Shown in pieces: positions 1 to 14,600 of a stretch of DNA of 64,000 nt. A program made the translations under genes and the position numbers. This DNA comes from Psilocybe cubensis. Lineage: Eukaryota. The notes below the pieces were generated by a model. It was not told the origin of the DNA. It saw only the letters and a list, made by a program, of their open reading frames with translations, and did not search any database. The stretch is taken from NCBI GenBank assembly GCA_017499595.2, contig CM039004.1:930001-994000 (forward strand), written 5' to 3'. The stretch's first letter is position 1, and each line of letters opens with the position of its first letter.

Positions 1-1224
1 ACTGCATTCGGATCCGTAATGATCGTGAATATCGCGACTGCTATCACATATTTTCGGTCCGTCCCAACACAGTCAAGCAGAAGTCTATGCTGACACGCCT
101 TCACAACTAGACCTCCTCGCTATCACGACGGTGTAGGTTTACCGCTCATTTTGGCCCTGTCAAATCTTGTTGTAAGTATAGCAGCTTAAGTTTTCGTATG
201 CTTGAACATTAACATGTTCTCTTTCTGAAGGCATGTAGACTGTGAGTAATCGCACCTATATCCAGGTCATCTTGTCGCCTAATTTATTCTGATTGATAGT
301 ATTCTGCAACTTCGGGCGCAAGTCAATCCTTCGGATACAGAGATTTCTCGGAGACATTCTCAATTGGTCAGAAATGCTCTTGGTGTGTCGAAGTCAGATT
401 CATGGACAATACGACCGCAAAATATTACCACTGTATGAGTATAGACTCTACTAGTAGTACTATACAACCACCCTCGTTTCAACATTCATTGTACAATAGA
501 AAACTTCACATGCATACATCCTGCCGCATATACCACAACATCTCAAGCCTTCAAGTAAAACTATGTGGGCTTTACACACTACCGCTTTTTCTTGAGATAA
601 CGAATGGACACGCCTGCCCATTGCCTTCTTTGGCCGATTATGCCCGTCAATTTGCATACCCGGCTATTTCCGGTAGTTCCTCAACAGTCCTCAACAAACC
701 TCGAAGCTCACTTGACTGGTACCGTCAATGACCACAACATCATTGCTATTACGCTATCCCTCAAGCTACCCATGCTATCTTTACCTTCTCTTATAATAGC
801 CTGGGATTCTATGGGAGCACCCAGTCGCTACTACTGACCAGTGACATGCCGAGAGGCTGCGTACGCAATCAACGAACGAACTCATCGAGTTGTACAAGAT
901 GCCGGTAGGACTGTGATGACTGAAAGATTCGGCGCTACTGCATTTGTGCATCCATGGTAACTGAAGATTTTCAAAGACATGATCATCAAGTACAATGGAT
1001 TCCGGAAGAGAAAGCAGCACATCCGTTGGACACTTAGTCGGATTGTTTCGGCTCAAATATGCCGTGTTAGAACAGTCACTGGCTATACGCGTTGATCATC
1101 GGCATTGGGTACGCTGATTTATACCTGCATAGTCCCTGGCCTAGTATAAGAGGCCATAGCTTGAAAGGCGACAGCAACCACTTCTCTTGATATCCTATCG
1201 TAGTCGTACTCAAGCACTGTACCG

Positions 1225-3380
1225 ATGATGGCTTCAGACCCCGTTCTTATTGTATGCTTTGCTCTACATTGACACAAATGTTAACAAGGCTAATCTTATC
1301 TTAGATTGGCGCCGGTCCTTCTGGTCTTGTCTTGGCCTTGACCTTGGGTAAAAACGGAATCCCTGTTCGCATTATGGAGAAGGAGCCATCCCCCCGACGT
1401 GCGGAGCGCGGACCGGGATTACAGGTCGGAGAATATTAAGAATAACATTATTTTTCAATTCACGCTGACATTCCTTTACAGCCTCGCTCCCTCGAGCTGC
1501 ACAAAATCTTAGGCACCTTGCCCGACATTTTGAATGCCGGAACTGATTTGCCTATGATGACGGTGTACGACCCAGCCGATGGAACTAAGGTTATAAAGAC
1601 AACGATTTTAGTACCCCAAACAGAGGCTACTCCGCAGCTTCCATTGGTAAATTTCTGGCGCGCGCACAGCGAATTAGATATCCATAAGCTAATTACAATC
1701 TCACAGATCAACCCGGTCATGCTAGGCCAGCATTATCAAGAGCGCATTCTACGCGATCACTTGGCCAAAATTGGAGTGACTGTTGAATTCGGCTCGGAAT
1801 TGCGCACATTTACGCAGACTGAAGATCACGTCCTAGCGCAAATTGTCCGTGTTGTTGATGGAAAGGACGTAATTGAAGAAGTGAAGGCAGTGTGGATGGT
1901 CGGTACCGATGGGGCTCATAGCGTTGTTCGCAAGACGCTCGGCCTTGAGTTTCTCGGAGAGACTCGTTACTCAGAAGAAATAATCGTTGGTGACCTCAAA
2001 GTCAAAGGCGCAATACGAGAGGTTAGTGCAAGAAAAATTCTCTTTTTTCTATCTATTTAAGCATCGTTTCCACAGACATGGGATAATTGGGGTTCTCCTG
2101 CTTCCAGAATGTGGGCACTATTTGCTTTAAAGTAGATTTAATACTGAAGAAGATGTTACAGGGCAACTTTGCGTCCCTCTGGACAAAAAGACAACGTTGC
2201 TCAGTTTATAATCGCAGGTCGTGATGTCGACTGCTCCAAAGTTATGGCGAGCAGCGAGAACCTGTTTGAAGAATTTTACACCATAACCGGGAGGAGAGAC
2301 ATAGAATTCCAGGAATTGATCAGCGTCGCGAAGTATAGGTCGGTTAATGGTCCGTATAAACACTGGAAGAAATTTTCATTCATGATTCATATAGGCCAAA
2401 TATCAGGATGGCCAAACAACTTAGGTCTCACCGAGTGTTTATTGGCGGAGGTGTGTAGTGTCTACCCGATTCAATTAGGATTGGCATTGATCGTAATCGA
2501 TTTCCTGTTTGCTTACAGATGCTGCTCATTGCCATAGTCCTGCTGGCGGTCAGGTACGTTGCTCTATAAACCATTATTTATTTTGAAGCTTACTTTTTGG
2601 AAAGGGATTGAACTCGAGTATCCAAGACTCCGTATGTGTCATTTCTAATCGATATGAGCGATTGGAGGTAATAATGTACTTATGGCCAACTAGTTTAACC
2701 TAGGGTGGAAATTAGCGCTGGTGTACAAGGGATACGCTCCCGCATCGCTTCTCGATACATATGAAGAAGAGCGCATCCCCATCATCGCGGAAATGCTAGG
2801 AAAGACGACCGAGCTTCACAATCACACTATTTCACGGGGTCACGGTATATCTGACATGCCTCGCGACAGTCTTCTGAAGCAACTGGGTGTTAATTACCGC
2901 GGCAGCTCCATTGTGTATGAAGACGACGTTGAAATACCCACAGCAAAAACGACGGGATACAGCGCCGAAAGCGAGACGGCTGCTCGACCCGGTGACAGAG
3001 CACCTGGCGCTCCCGGCTTGGTCGATACTGCAGGAAACATCCAAACGTACGAAATATACGACCTATTCGCCGTCTCTCGACACACAATTTTGATATTTTC
3101 CGACCCTTCCTTCGATTACCTTTCCTTGTCCAAAACAATCCAAAAATTCCGAAATGGCACTGTTCTTGGTGTCCTGATTTTATCGAAGGGAACATCATTG
3201 TCTGATACCGACACAACGGCTTTATTCGACAAGACCGTCGCAGATAGAGACGGATTCGCTTTTTCCGGATACCACATCGAGGGACCCACCGTTGTTATTG
3301 TCCGCCCAGACGGCGTCATTGGTGCGCGTGTACGCGGAGTGTCTGGTATTGAGAGATATTTCAAAGGCATTTTTGCTTGA
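1225..3380 (+). CDS. FAD-dependent monooxygenase (PheA/TfdB / FAD_binding_3 type aromatic hydroxylase), multi-exon
   Basis: Spliced translation gives MMASDPVLI|IGAGPSGLVLALTLGKNGIPVRIMEKE (GxGxxG), GTDGAHSVVRKTLG (DG motif), GDAAHCHSPAGGQ|GLNSSIQD (GD motif) and C-terminal VVIVRPDGVIG; introns are GT-AG. Confidence 0.93.
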
Positions 3381-6300
3381 TGGATGCGTCACTGTATCAA
3401 CTCTTTTGTGCAGGATGTTCTGAACGACACCGATCTTGATTCTTGAGTGTGTAGTATCTTGATACATGGCTTGTATACCTCCACTTAGAATAATTTTTTG
3501 AATGCCACATACTCACAATCTAACCGAGTCATTTCAGTGAACAGAGAATGGAAGGATGTCTAGTATGTAACTATATCATCTCTTTCTCGATATCTCACGA
3601 ATGATTGAATCATGGATGCCTACCGAAGGCTAGCTGTGTATCTGAGAGGATTGGTCTGGACTCGACCATCACGAACCAGTCTCATTTCAAGTGTGCAGAT
3701 GGTTCACACGTATTGTCACTGGCGTTTTTTTTTTCTTTCAGAATTGGATACCTAGACAACGGCGGGTGCAAGAAGGCAGCAGATCATATCCCACAGTAGA
3801 TCACTTGCTGGCTCGATATGAGAAAATAGTCGGAGCAGTTTCACACTGTATCTTTGAACGTTCGTTGTTATCATTATCATAAGTGAACTCGAATTAGCAA
3901 CGACTTTGAGAATATCAAGAGAGAGTTCTAAGAACCTATACTACATGATTCGATATAATGTCACGGTCCACCAATCGTATAGAGAAAGAGTACTTCTTGT
4001 GTGTACCTTGACGTTTCTTGATTAATCAGGAAGATTCGTTGTATGTCACGTATTCCATATGCTGGCTTCTTGTCTAGACCACAGTGCCACAATGTATTCA
4101 CTTATTCATTGATTGATAAGGGGCTGTGAATCCCTCCGACCAATGTTATCTACTTGCGCTAGTCTATAATGGGGATGCTCAGTATACGAGCTTCATGTTG
4201 AAGCGTACCCACATAGGACACTCAGTGTGATCGGGCCAGGTTTCCACTTTTGCTTGTTGCGAAAGGTAGGTACTTAGGTCAACCGTCAAGGGATGCATAT
4301 CGGATAATCCCAGGATGTGTTTCGAGATGGATCAATGATGGATAAATCTACCAACATAATCTCATTTTCGTTCCGAACACTCAGGTGATAATTCAGTGAT
4401 ATTCCTTGACCGACGACGACGCAGGATGCGAAAAAGAGCGGACTGGCTCTAGAGGTCTACTGGCTGGAAGATTGACGGCTAAAATGATTTCAATTACTTG
4501 ACAATGAAAATTGTTATTTTTAGGACGGCGCTTATTCGATAATTCCGCCCTCGGAAAACCTGTCATGTTTTTTTTTTTTTTTTTTTTGCTTGGTAAAAGG
4601 TAAAAGACAGGAGACTCAATCAGATCGTCTAACAGTATATCCACTTGTGCGAGCCGTGATCCGCCAGGGCCAGGTCCAATCCCAGCACGAAGACTCAGAG
4701 CACCCAATCGACAGCTCGGGTGGTCATTTGACAGGAAGAATTCTGAATGAGAGCGGCGGCGGTCCAATGAGCCCAGAACATGTCGGCATGTCCTGTCCTG
4801 TCAAGCTATTCCACGAATCGTATTCTATAGGGTGGAGTATCACTATCATATCGTGGACAGGCTTGACGTTGAGGTGCCAGTGCCTACCCTTCGAAAATGG
4901 GCACTGCTACAAATCAATGGCTAGACGTGTTTGCAGTTTGCTTTTTTGTTCAATCAGGATTCAGGACCACACCCGTTTGTCTCGGTGCGAGGCTGTACCG
5001 CATCGGGTCGTACAATACCAATTATGCATAAACGGACGCTTATAGGCTGGCTGGGTTGATGCAAACCAGTTCGATGTGTCGACTCGCATAGACAGACATG
5101 GATGGGGTCTTCGCTGGCAGATTAATGGACGTCGAAGCCGCAAGTGTACACACGGCTCGTTTTAGGTTTATCATCAGCGGGTTCTCTAGGAGGCTATTTG
5201 TGTCATACCATCTGATCATATCAAAACTTCACATATTTCAGAACTTGATTTGTCCCCCCCGTCGTTGATAACGAGTCTTCGACATTAGTGCGCGGCTCGC
5301 GGCCACGGGGGTGGGGGGGCGTTTGTGCTGCAGTGCTGCGTGCACGCTCTACGCCACATACGCAGCAGGAAACTACCCAGAGTTCCAGAACGGACGAGTT
5401 AATACATCCATGGACGATATCCATGAGGCGTGCGTCGCTTTGCGCAATGCGCAACACCCAAGCCTGAAAAGCACGCGCGCGGCCGCCCTCAGCCCTGCGC
5501 GTAGCCGTAGCGAGGGGGCCTACAACGCCCATTCGCCAAAGCGCAAGAAAATGCACCTGTGACCAGCATCACCCTTCCCCCTCCCCCTCCCCCTCGGTTT
5601 TTATTGCCGCTATAAGATAAATATCACCACATTGCATTTCATCAAGCCCACAAAAAAGAACGCGTGTTGCGCGTTGAACGCTCTAAAGACTAAATGGGCT
5701 CTTTCGGAGTTTGATCCTCACTGATTACGCCTCGCGAGTCGCGACTCGACTCGCGAGGGGGTGCTCGGTCGGGTGCTCGGGTGTTCTGTGCTCTGGCCAG
5801 AACCTCCACTGATCAAATTGATAAATGACTATTAATTCCAGAAAGTCAGCGAGGTGAGGTGAGGACGTACATACGTATACCCCGCCATGTCGTTGGAACT
5901 GCTTGGAATGGCGCTTCACAAGAGCCCGTTCCCGCGCTGCCGATTCAGCGGATGGCCAGCGAGGCATCACCCCGTTCATTGGCTGGTGGGTTGGACCTCT
6001 GGGGCCTTGCCCAAGCCCACAACACTGAACAGCGATTGGAGGGAAAATGTCCTTACCGTCACCCGTCACCCGTCACCCGTTACGCGTAAAACTGTCCAAC
6101 AAAAAGCGGTCTAGGTCGACCAACCACAGGCCTGGAATCGCGCCACCCGACCGATGCCGAAGTTCAGGTACCGGAGGGCCCGGCGCGGGCGCGGCGCGTT
6201 TTTACTGGTCCAGCCGCCGGCAGAAGATGCCCTCTTTGTGGAGAGGTTCCGAGGTTCCGAGGTTTCCCATTGGCTGCCACTGGCAGTGGCACTGGTGACT

Positions 6301-8202
6301 CGCCTTCCGGGCCACGTGGCGGGGTTGGTCCAGCTTACTAACGGCCTCTAACTGCCTTTCTTAGACACAGCTCCGTTCCCGTTTTTCTCGACTCTCAATC
6401 TCGACTCTCAACTCTCAACTCTCGAATCTCGACTCTCGACTCTCGGGATCGGATCCGCAAGTAAATAATGACCTGACCTGACCTCACCATGTGCACATTT
6501 CTTTATCGATTACGATTAAATACATACATAGATATATACAAAAGCGATAATACAAATACAAATACCACAATCTCTACAATTGCAATGTGCAATGTGCAAT
6601 GTGCAATGTGCATTTCACAAATCACGACCTCAGACGCCTATACTATAGGTTATAGGCTATAGGCTCTAGCTAAATCCTTAAATCCTCCCGATCCATCATC
6701 AATCATCATTCCGAACCTGCGCCTGCTGCTCGACGCTCGTTCCAGGCTGACGGCCTCGAATCGTCCTCGTCCATTTCCTCCAAATGTACACATTCATTCA
6801 TTCGTTCATTCATTAATCAGTATCAGAAAAGAACAGAAAACAGAAAGAGGAAAACAAGAAAATAGAACCGAACCGACTCACCGATCGATAAAGCAGACTT
6901 ATAAGTTTCAAGTTTTATATTAGAGCGCTTTTCTTTTCGGAAAAAGATGGGAAAGATGACCGTACCGTCACGGTGTACCGTTCGGAAACTCGATGTGCAT
7001 CTACAATATATATAACCAAAATTCTAGAATCTAAATCAGTACATACGATGGACAACTCGTGCTATGGAGCTGTGGAGCATCATACCTCATGCACTCATTA
7101 ACTTAAGCGCTCAATATAAAATTATAACATTCAGCGCTTAAATAATTGCTTCATAAACAAGATTTGTTCAGAGTTTAAAAGCCAATTAGCCATTCATCTA
7201 AGAGAATGCGTTCCAAGATCCAATTTGCGTTCTTTCTAAAATACACAAATGACATTTCCCTAAACAAAAATTCTAAATCCTCCATCGAATCCGAATCTCG
7301 TAACGAGTCATCGAAGATTCGAAATGTTTCAAGAAATCCAAGAAATCCAAAATCCAAAATCCAAAATTCAAGAAAGAACAAAAGAAGCAAAAAAAAAAAG
7401 TCCCAAAGCAATCAATCAGTCATGCATGTAAATTCCTAGCTAGCTGTACAAATGGATATGATATGATATGATGTGATAGAATCAAAAATCAAAAAATCAA
7501 GAATCAAAAAATCAAGAATCAAGAATCGAGTCGGTTCAAGACAACACTGAATATTGTAGAAATAGACAGACAGCGAGAGAGGAGAACGCAAGCAACATGT
7601 CATAACCATAAACCCACAAAAAAGAGATGATTAATGTTTTAGATATCTCATGGATGGATGGATTGACAGACGGACAGACGAACGGACGGACGATAAACGT
7701 GTGCGTAAATGATATGATAATGGTGATAATGATGATAACGGTGATATTGACGATGATGACAATGGATGAAAATGATGATGATGATGATGATATGAATGTG
7801 GAATGTGTAACGTGGAATGTGGAATGTGTAACGTGGAATGTGTAACGTGGTCGTAAGTGATGAACATCGTGATATGGATATGGATATGGGATGTGAGGGG
7901 GCAGGCTACAAGGGTCAAGAACTCGATATACATGTGTATGTGGATGAGAGACGATCAGTGATGGATGAAGAGAAAAAAAAATGCAAAAAAAAGTAAAAAT
8001 GGATGGATGAGATAGAACGAAAGAGAGAGAGAGAGAAAGAGAAAAGAAAAAATAACATGAGATATAAATCCAAAGGAAATATCCAGCTTTTTTTGCAAGT
8101 CGGTGTTGACTGAGACTAGGGTGCTCAGATCCAGAGCAGATAGGCAAGGGCAAGGTCAAGGGGCGGAATGTGGAAGCAGGAAAGTGGAAGCAGGGGTAAA
8201 GC

Positions 8203-11200
8203 TCAATCCTCATCCATCCGATCCTCCTCATCCCACTCATCAAGCTCAAACTTATCACCCCCCTCCACCTGCGCACGCGCATACAACCTCTCCCTCTCCG
8301 CCCCATCCACCGTCAAATTCGCCAAACTCAACAGCGCCTCCGCAAGCAGCGTCTTGAGCTCTTCCACTTCGTCTTCAGCTGTATTCCCACTGCTCGGGTT
8401 GGGGTTTGAGGAGGCGGGTGGGGATAGAGCTGATGATGAAGACGCCGAGGCTGACTTTGACGTCGAAGAAGAGGAAGGGAGAGTAGAAGCAGTTTTCGAA
8501 GCGTCCTCCTCCGAGACAGTCTGCGTAGCAGCCGTAACCTTCCCCAAAGACCTGGATCCAGGCATACGAAGATGAGAGATGGGCGACGACACAGCCGCAC
8601 CGCGCGTCGTAGCAGGCGTAGGCGTCGCCGACGAGTCATCCGCCACAATCTCATCGCTATCTTCACTCTCATCCTCTTCATCCGCGTCTTCAATAACAAT
8701 CATCCCCTCTTCATCTTCCTCTTCCTCTTCCTCGTCTTGAGCCTGCTGCGCGGAAGCAGCACCCCCACGAGCAGCCTGCTCCTTCTCCTCCTGCATCCTC
8801 GCCTCAAACACCTCCTTCGCGCGCTCCAAATAGCCAATAGCCTCACTCAACACCTCCCTCGCCTCCCTCGCCTCCTCACTAGCCAACACCTGCTCCTCCG
8901 TCTCCCTCGGCACCCCACTCTCATCCTCCCTCTTCCTCTTCCCACCACCACCGCCCGTCATATCATCATCCACACCCCCACCAGCCTTTTCCAACCGCTC
9001 CTCAACACCCTCCGCCAGCGCCGACCCAATAACCACACAACACCTCCCCCGCGCAGCAGTAATATGGCCCCTCCACGCATCCGTGTCCGCCTCCATCTTC
9101 ATCTGGCTGAACACACTATCCGCCCACTGCGCCCACGTCTGCCTTTCCGACGCCGAGTCCAGCTTCTCCGCCAGCAACAGCACCTCATATGCGATCGTGT
9201 ACAGCTCTTTGGCGCGGGAAAACGTCTCGGTCGATGCAGCGGGCGAATGCGCCGGCGGCGAGATGGACACGGAGGACGATGATGTCGTCGTCGTCGGAGG
9301 TGAAGTCGAAGTCGAGGCAGTTTGCTGCGACGACACAGTCGAAATCGACGAGGCGCTCCGCGCGTTCTTCTTGTCATACGTCGTCGACGGGCCAAGAGCA
9401 GGCGTGAAAAGGAAAGAATCAGGCACAGTCGAGTTCGTATGGTCCACACGCGGTAGTCTAGTATGCACCAAATGCTGAGGATGTGGCATATGGAGTATCC
9501 CTCTTGAAAACTGGTCCTGCGCAAGCAACAACAGCTCGTGGGGGCTCACTCCGCTATCGAGCGTCAGCCGTGGAGGCAGCGCGGGGCGCCTCGAGATGAT
9601 CGTCGCAAACGGCGAATTCGGCGGCCACACAGGCGAGTCCAAATTGGAACCTGCCGCCGCCGCATCTTTCTGCGCCTCCGCCAGACGTTGCTGCGGTAAC
9701 GGAAACGCCGAAGGCGATGCAGGCATCGTCGGTGCCAACGGGACGACGTCCGCATAGTTCGACAGCTGCATGCCAGGCGCAAGCGCGAAGCCGAGCTGCG
9801 GGGAAGTGTGTGAAAGTGGAGGCAGACCCTGCTTTGAGCGTTCGTGTTGTCTCCTCACAACCTCTTCCGCGATGCACACCAATGTGCGTCCCCAGACGAC
9901 CGCCATACGCCAATCCTCCGGCGGTGGCGTCACACCAGCCGCACGGGCAGCGTACGCGCTCCTGCTGACGACCCCCGTACTGCCCCCGCTCGAAAAGTAG
10001 TCCCCTTTCACGTTGTTGACGCGGCCACTGGTGCGTGCTGGAAGATTCTCGCCGATCTCAAAGGCGTCCAGGGCGCAGAGCCAGTACACGACTGGATTTG
10101 CAGGCTCGCCGGGCATGCACAGCGAAGGCGAGGCATCGACGATGTTTCCGAAAAAGAAGAGTGTGGTGCCTAGGATGGTATAGAATGCTGTCGGTAGATC
10201 TTTGCATTTGCTTTTTTTCGTAAAGTAAAAAAGAAAAAAAAATCGTCAAAAAAATTGATAATTATAAATATGTAATCGTATCGTACCATTTTTTCTCCGC
10301 GGTGGTGGTAGTGGTGGTGGTAGAGGGAGCTACAGTGGAAGCATCCGTTGCCACAGATTGCGATTTCGCCTGGTGCTGGGCATGGAGTCGCTCGGCTAGA
10401 AGCCAGTCGTTGATGATTTTCTTGTCGACAGCAGGTGGAGTGCCGTTGTTCGAGGGCGGAGAGGTATAGATAACAGACGGATCGTGGTACATCTGGAGAA
10501 ACCGATGGCATTCATGGATAACGCCACGAAGAAGTGGGAGAGTCTCTGAAGGAGATTGAGCTAGTAGAAAAATGAGCCAAACCTGAACAGATAAAGAGAA
10601 AAAGGAAAAAAAGGCATACATTCGTACATCTCTGCGGCTTTTGCAAACAACTCTTTGAGATCCTCCCAATCCTCCAGATCGGTCGTGGCGCGCTGGGCAG
10701 CAGCAGCAGCCTCCATCGCGCCAGGTGTAGCGGGGGCCATAGACGACATCGTAATCGGAGATGTATCCATAAGCTTGCTCCTCGTCCAATCTTTCTCAAT
10801 ATCCAAATTCGGCGTGCACTTTCTCGAGTAATCCCAATATATCACCTCCTCCGTGTCCCTCTCGTCGAGCGAAGTCGGGGGCGAATCGGTGTCTCGGCGG
10901 CGGCGCTTGGAAAGGGTGGGGGGGTCGCGCAGGAACGTGTGGCCGTCGTGATAAAGGTCGAGATGCTGCTGATGGAGCGATAAGGAGGCACCGGAGGAAT
11001 CCGAGTCGTACTCGCACTCGGAAAAGGGGTCGGGGGAGAGCCAGCGGTCGCTGTGGGCGTCTGGGTGGGGGTCGGGGTGGGAGTAGCGCTTTCCGGGGAA
11101 GGATGTGGTGGGGGGAGTCGGAGGAGTGCTATAATCGGAGGCGTGACCCAACTTGGAGGCAAGTGTCCCACGGGCCTTCCACAGACCCCTGGGCCGGGCG

Positions 11201-11385
11201 ATCTTTGCAGACTGCGTCCTGGCGGGTGCTGGATGTGGTGGCGGGGGCGGGGGCTGCTGGGGAAAGTCGATACTCATGGCATTGAGGACGGTGGTGCGCG
11301 CGTAGGGGGAGGAGGAGGAGGAGGAGGAGGCGGCGGGGGTCGCAGAAGAGACGGAGCTGGCGGAATGACAACAGGACGCAGGCAT
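8203..11385 (-). CDS. Ett1/Nro1-like helical protein with low-complexity insertions (3 exons)
   Basis: Exons join through intron 10619-10561 and a second intron near 10.2-10.3 kb: DLEDWEDLKELFAKAAEMYE|SQSPSETLPLLRGVIHECHRFL...KC|KCKDLPTAFYTILGTTLF...YWLCALDAFEIG. This resembles the Ett1 N-terminal pattern (L-x-G-I-V-H-E-C-D-R-L-L ... F-H-G-I-Y ... A-I-E-R-V-E-L-G) as recalled from yeast. The last exon exceeds 637 aa. The gene is well supported; the family call is tentative. Confidence 0.6.
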
Positions 11386-11634
11386 TGAGTGAGAGGGAAA
11401 AGAATGGAGAGAGATAGCTGGCGGTATATTATATTCGCTGGGAGTTGTTTCAACACATATTATTTTTCATGATTTTTGTTGGGCGAGTAGGAGGTCGCTC
11501 TAGTACTTGGGGTCCAGATTCCTTCCTTTCCGAGCCAATGAGCTGGTTCGGATGCGCTGGTTGGGTGCATGGTAACGATTCGATCAACAAGCCTGGAACG
11601 CAGTCTAGACTTTGTCTTTATATACACACATACT

Positions 11635-14600
11635 CTACTCCCTTTTCCGCGCCCCCTTTCCCCATTTCTCCACAAGGAACCCCGTCAAATACTCGTACAC
11701 CTCTCTCTGTCCTCCCCTCCGGTTGATGCTATGGTCACTACAGCCAATCACATCAGCCCGTTTCTTCCCACACCACTCCATCCACTCACCTGTCAGTAAA
11801 CATCCTGAATCGGAACCCCCGTACCTGCTCCCGCGTAAACATGTCCAGCAAGTGCGCGCTATTCGCATAGTGCACATTGTCGTCCCCGCTCCCGTGCGCA
11901 AGCAAATAATCCACCTTTTTAAACCCCTCCACATTCGAGATCGACGCATTCACATACCCCCCCGCGTTCAGCTCGGGCACGTTCATGTACCGCTCCGTAT
12001 AGATAGAGTCATACAGCCTCCAGCTCGTCACAGGCTGCGTGTTATAAATAATCATCAGTCTCATCACTCACAGCTCTTTCCGAAATTCTAGAACACACCG
12101 CGACCGCCATAGCCAATGAGTGTATCTTTGCATCCGCCTCTACCACCTTGGAGCTCATGAATCCTCCGTACGACTGTCGTCATCCATCGATCCCCGCATC
12201 CCATCGCGTATCCGTAAATTAGTCGTTACATAGCCGAGCACAGGCGCACGAATAGGATAAATCCAAATCAAAACATAGGCGTAAATCGTCAGTAACCACC
12301 CACACAAAAAAAACTCGACTCCGAGGACCAGTACGGAGTACAGTGTCAATTTCGATTGGATGCCCTTACACGCGCAACCGACCGACCGACCTCCGTACGT
12401 AACGTACAATCCGACAAAGAAGGGTCCAAAAATAAATAAATAATAAAACACAAGCCCACTCACCCATCCCCAAATCCCTATCCTCTTCGGGTCAACATAC
12501 GGTTTTTTAGCCCATGCTCTACCAAAAAAAAATAAAAGGTTCCTTATCAGCACACACACGTTACACCCGGGGAAATTTGAGTCATCACTCCCATCGTAAG
12601 AAAGTGAAAATGAGAGAGAGAAGACAAAAAAGAAACACGCCGAAAAACGCCACACAAGTTCCAGGTCTAGCCAGAACATGTCTAAAAACGTATTACACAC
12701 GTCCAAAAAAAACACGAAGGGGGGAATAAATGGAAAGAAACGTAAAGAGATGAAATGAACACATGTAAAGATTTGAAAGGGAATGAAAGTTGCACTAGAG
12801 AGATTATAGAGTCTCTTCATAAGCGACTTTAATTCTTCCATCCATGCATTCAAACAATCCACCTGGTCTTCGGAGACAAACCACTCTAGCAGCACAGCAA
12901 GACCGGTCACATCATTCCAAAGCTGCCAAAATTGCCAGTAACAATGTTGCGCACGACATCCAGGCCCACCAAAACCGAAACCAAAAACCAAACTGACAAA
13001 AGTAAAAAGTAAAAAGTAAAAAAGAAAGACTAAAATCAAAATCACAGAGTCTCGACCCCTTCCAAAAAAACAAAAAAACAGTCGCCGAATGGCCCCAAGG
13101 GGGTGTAAAAACACCCAAAAAGCATAAATCCCAATGCACAACGATATCCATGGATCAAAACATGCTCCATGGTCCATGATGATCACCCTCCCCTCTCCCC
13201 GCACCCGTCCACAAAGCATCCTCCCCGAACCCAAACCCAAGGGAGAAAATGCGCTCAGCTGTGGACACGGAGACACGGGGACACTGGGACACTCCAGAAC
13301 CTCGAACACGACCTCGACCGTCGTCGGTCCATGTCAAATGACCACGACTACGACCACAACAACACAGCAACAAAGGTAAAGTCAAAGTCAAAGTCAAATT
13401 TGGACTTCGTTTTTCTTTGACATGACCATGACATATAGGGTACATGTCGGGTGTCGGGTGCGTGTGTCGGGTGCAAAAGCGCAATAAAAGAAGAGATTGA
13501 ACAGAAACAGGAGCGCAAAACAAAGTGAAGAAAAAAAAAAGAAAAAAAAAAAAAAAAAAAAAAAACAAGAAAACGCAGAAAAGAACGCTCGTTGAGACGA
13601 GTAACTTCTCTTTCCCTTTCCTTCAAAGCGCGCCAACGCCAACCACCAAACGCCAAAGACCAACCACCAAAGACCAAATAACCAACCGAGTAAAACTATA
13701 ACTGTAACTGTAACTATAACAGTAACAGTAACAGTAGCTGAACGAGCCCACAGCAACCCAAAAAAAGAAATCGGCACAAAAGAGCGAGCGAGAGAGCGAG
13801 AGAGAAAGAGAGAGAGAGTCTCGAGCAACGCTCCAGGCCGAACAGAACAGAACAAAAAAAGAAAGAAAGAAAACGAAAATGAACGAAAACGAACCACTTG
13901 CCCTGGCCCTCCTATTCGCCCATCACACCACCTCCAAACCCAAACCCAAACCACCCGCACCGCACCGCATAACCGAACCAAACAAGACAAACGACAACCG
14001 ACAACCGACAAAAAGATAAAAGTAGCCATTGCATTGGCATTGGCAAGGTATGGCAAGGTACACCAACACACCAACAAACACACACACACGGGCGGAGGGG
14101 GGGCAGTGATCATTGGACACTAGACCACGAGGCTCCGTTGTCTGTTGTCCGTTGTCCATTGACCAATTACAGTTACAGATACAGCGCATTCGGGATCCAG
14201 ACAGACCCAGAACGCACTGTAATGTAATGTGATGTGATGGTGTTTTTTGGAAATATAAAGCGGGGTAAAACATATAACATATAACATATTTTGAGGGGCA
14301 GACCGATACCGATACCGATATGGTGGCGGCCCTCAAAGCAGCAAATAGCGAATGAGAATGAAAAGGCAAGGCAAGGCACAATCGTAGGCAGGGGCAGGGC
14401 GGCGAATTGAAAATGAAGAGATAAAGATAAAGAAAGAGAGCAACGGATATGAAGAAAAAATGCAAAAAAGGAGTCGAAAAACCAAAACGCAAAAAACGCA
14501 AAAGCAAATCTCAAAAAAGAACAACCAACCAACCAACCAACCAAATCACAAATCCTCAAATATCCCAAGTACCAAAAATCGAAAAAAAAAAAATTAAACG

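Noticed and set aside
1225-3380. Monooxygenase as part of a secondary-metabolite cluster
   Set aside because: No PKS, NRPS, terpene synthase or tailoring neighbours inside this window; upstream context is not visible.
4393-5562. Possible spliced gene ending ...SPKRKKMHL
   Set aside because: Some splice-like signals exist, but no consistent exon chain or recognisable domain could be built.
7175-8306. ORFs of 256 aa and others in the low-complexity tract
   Set aside because: Translations of microsatellites with no family motif.
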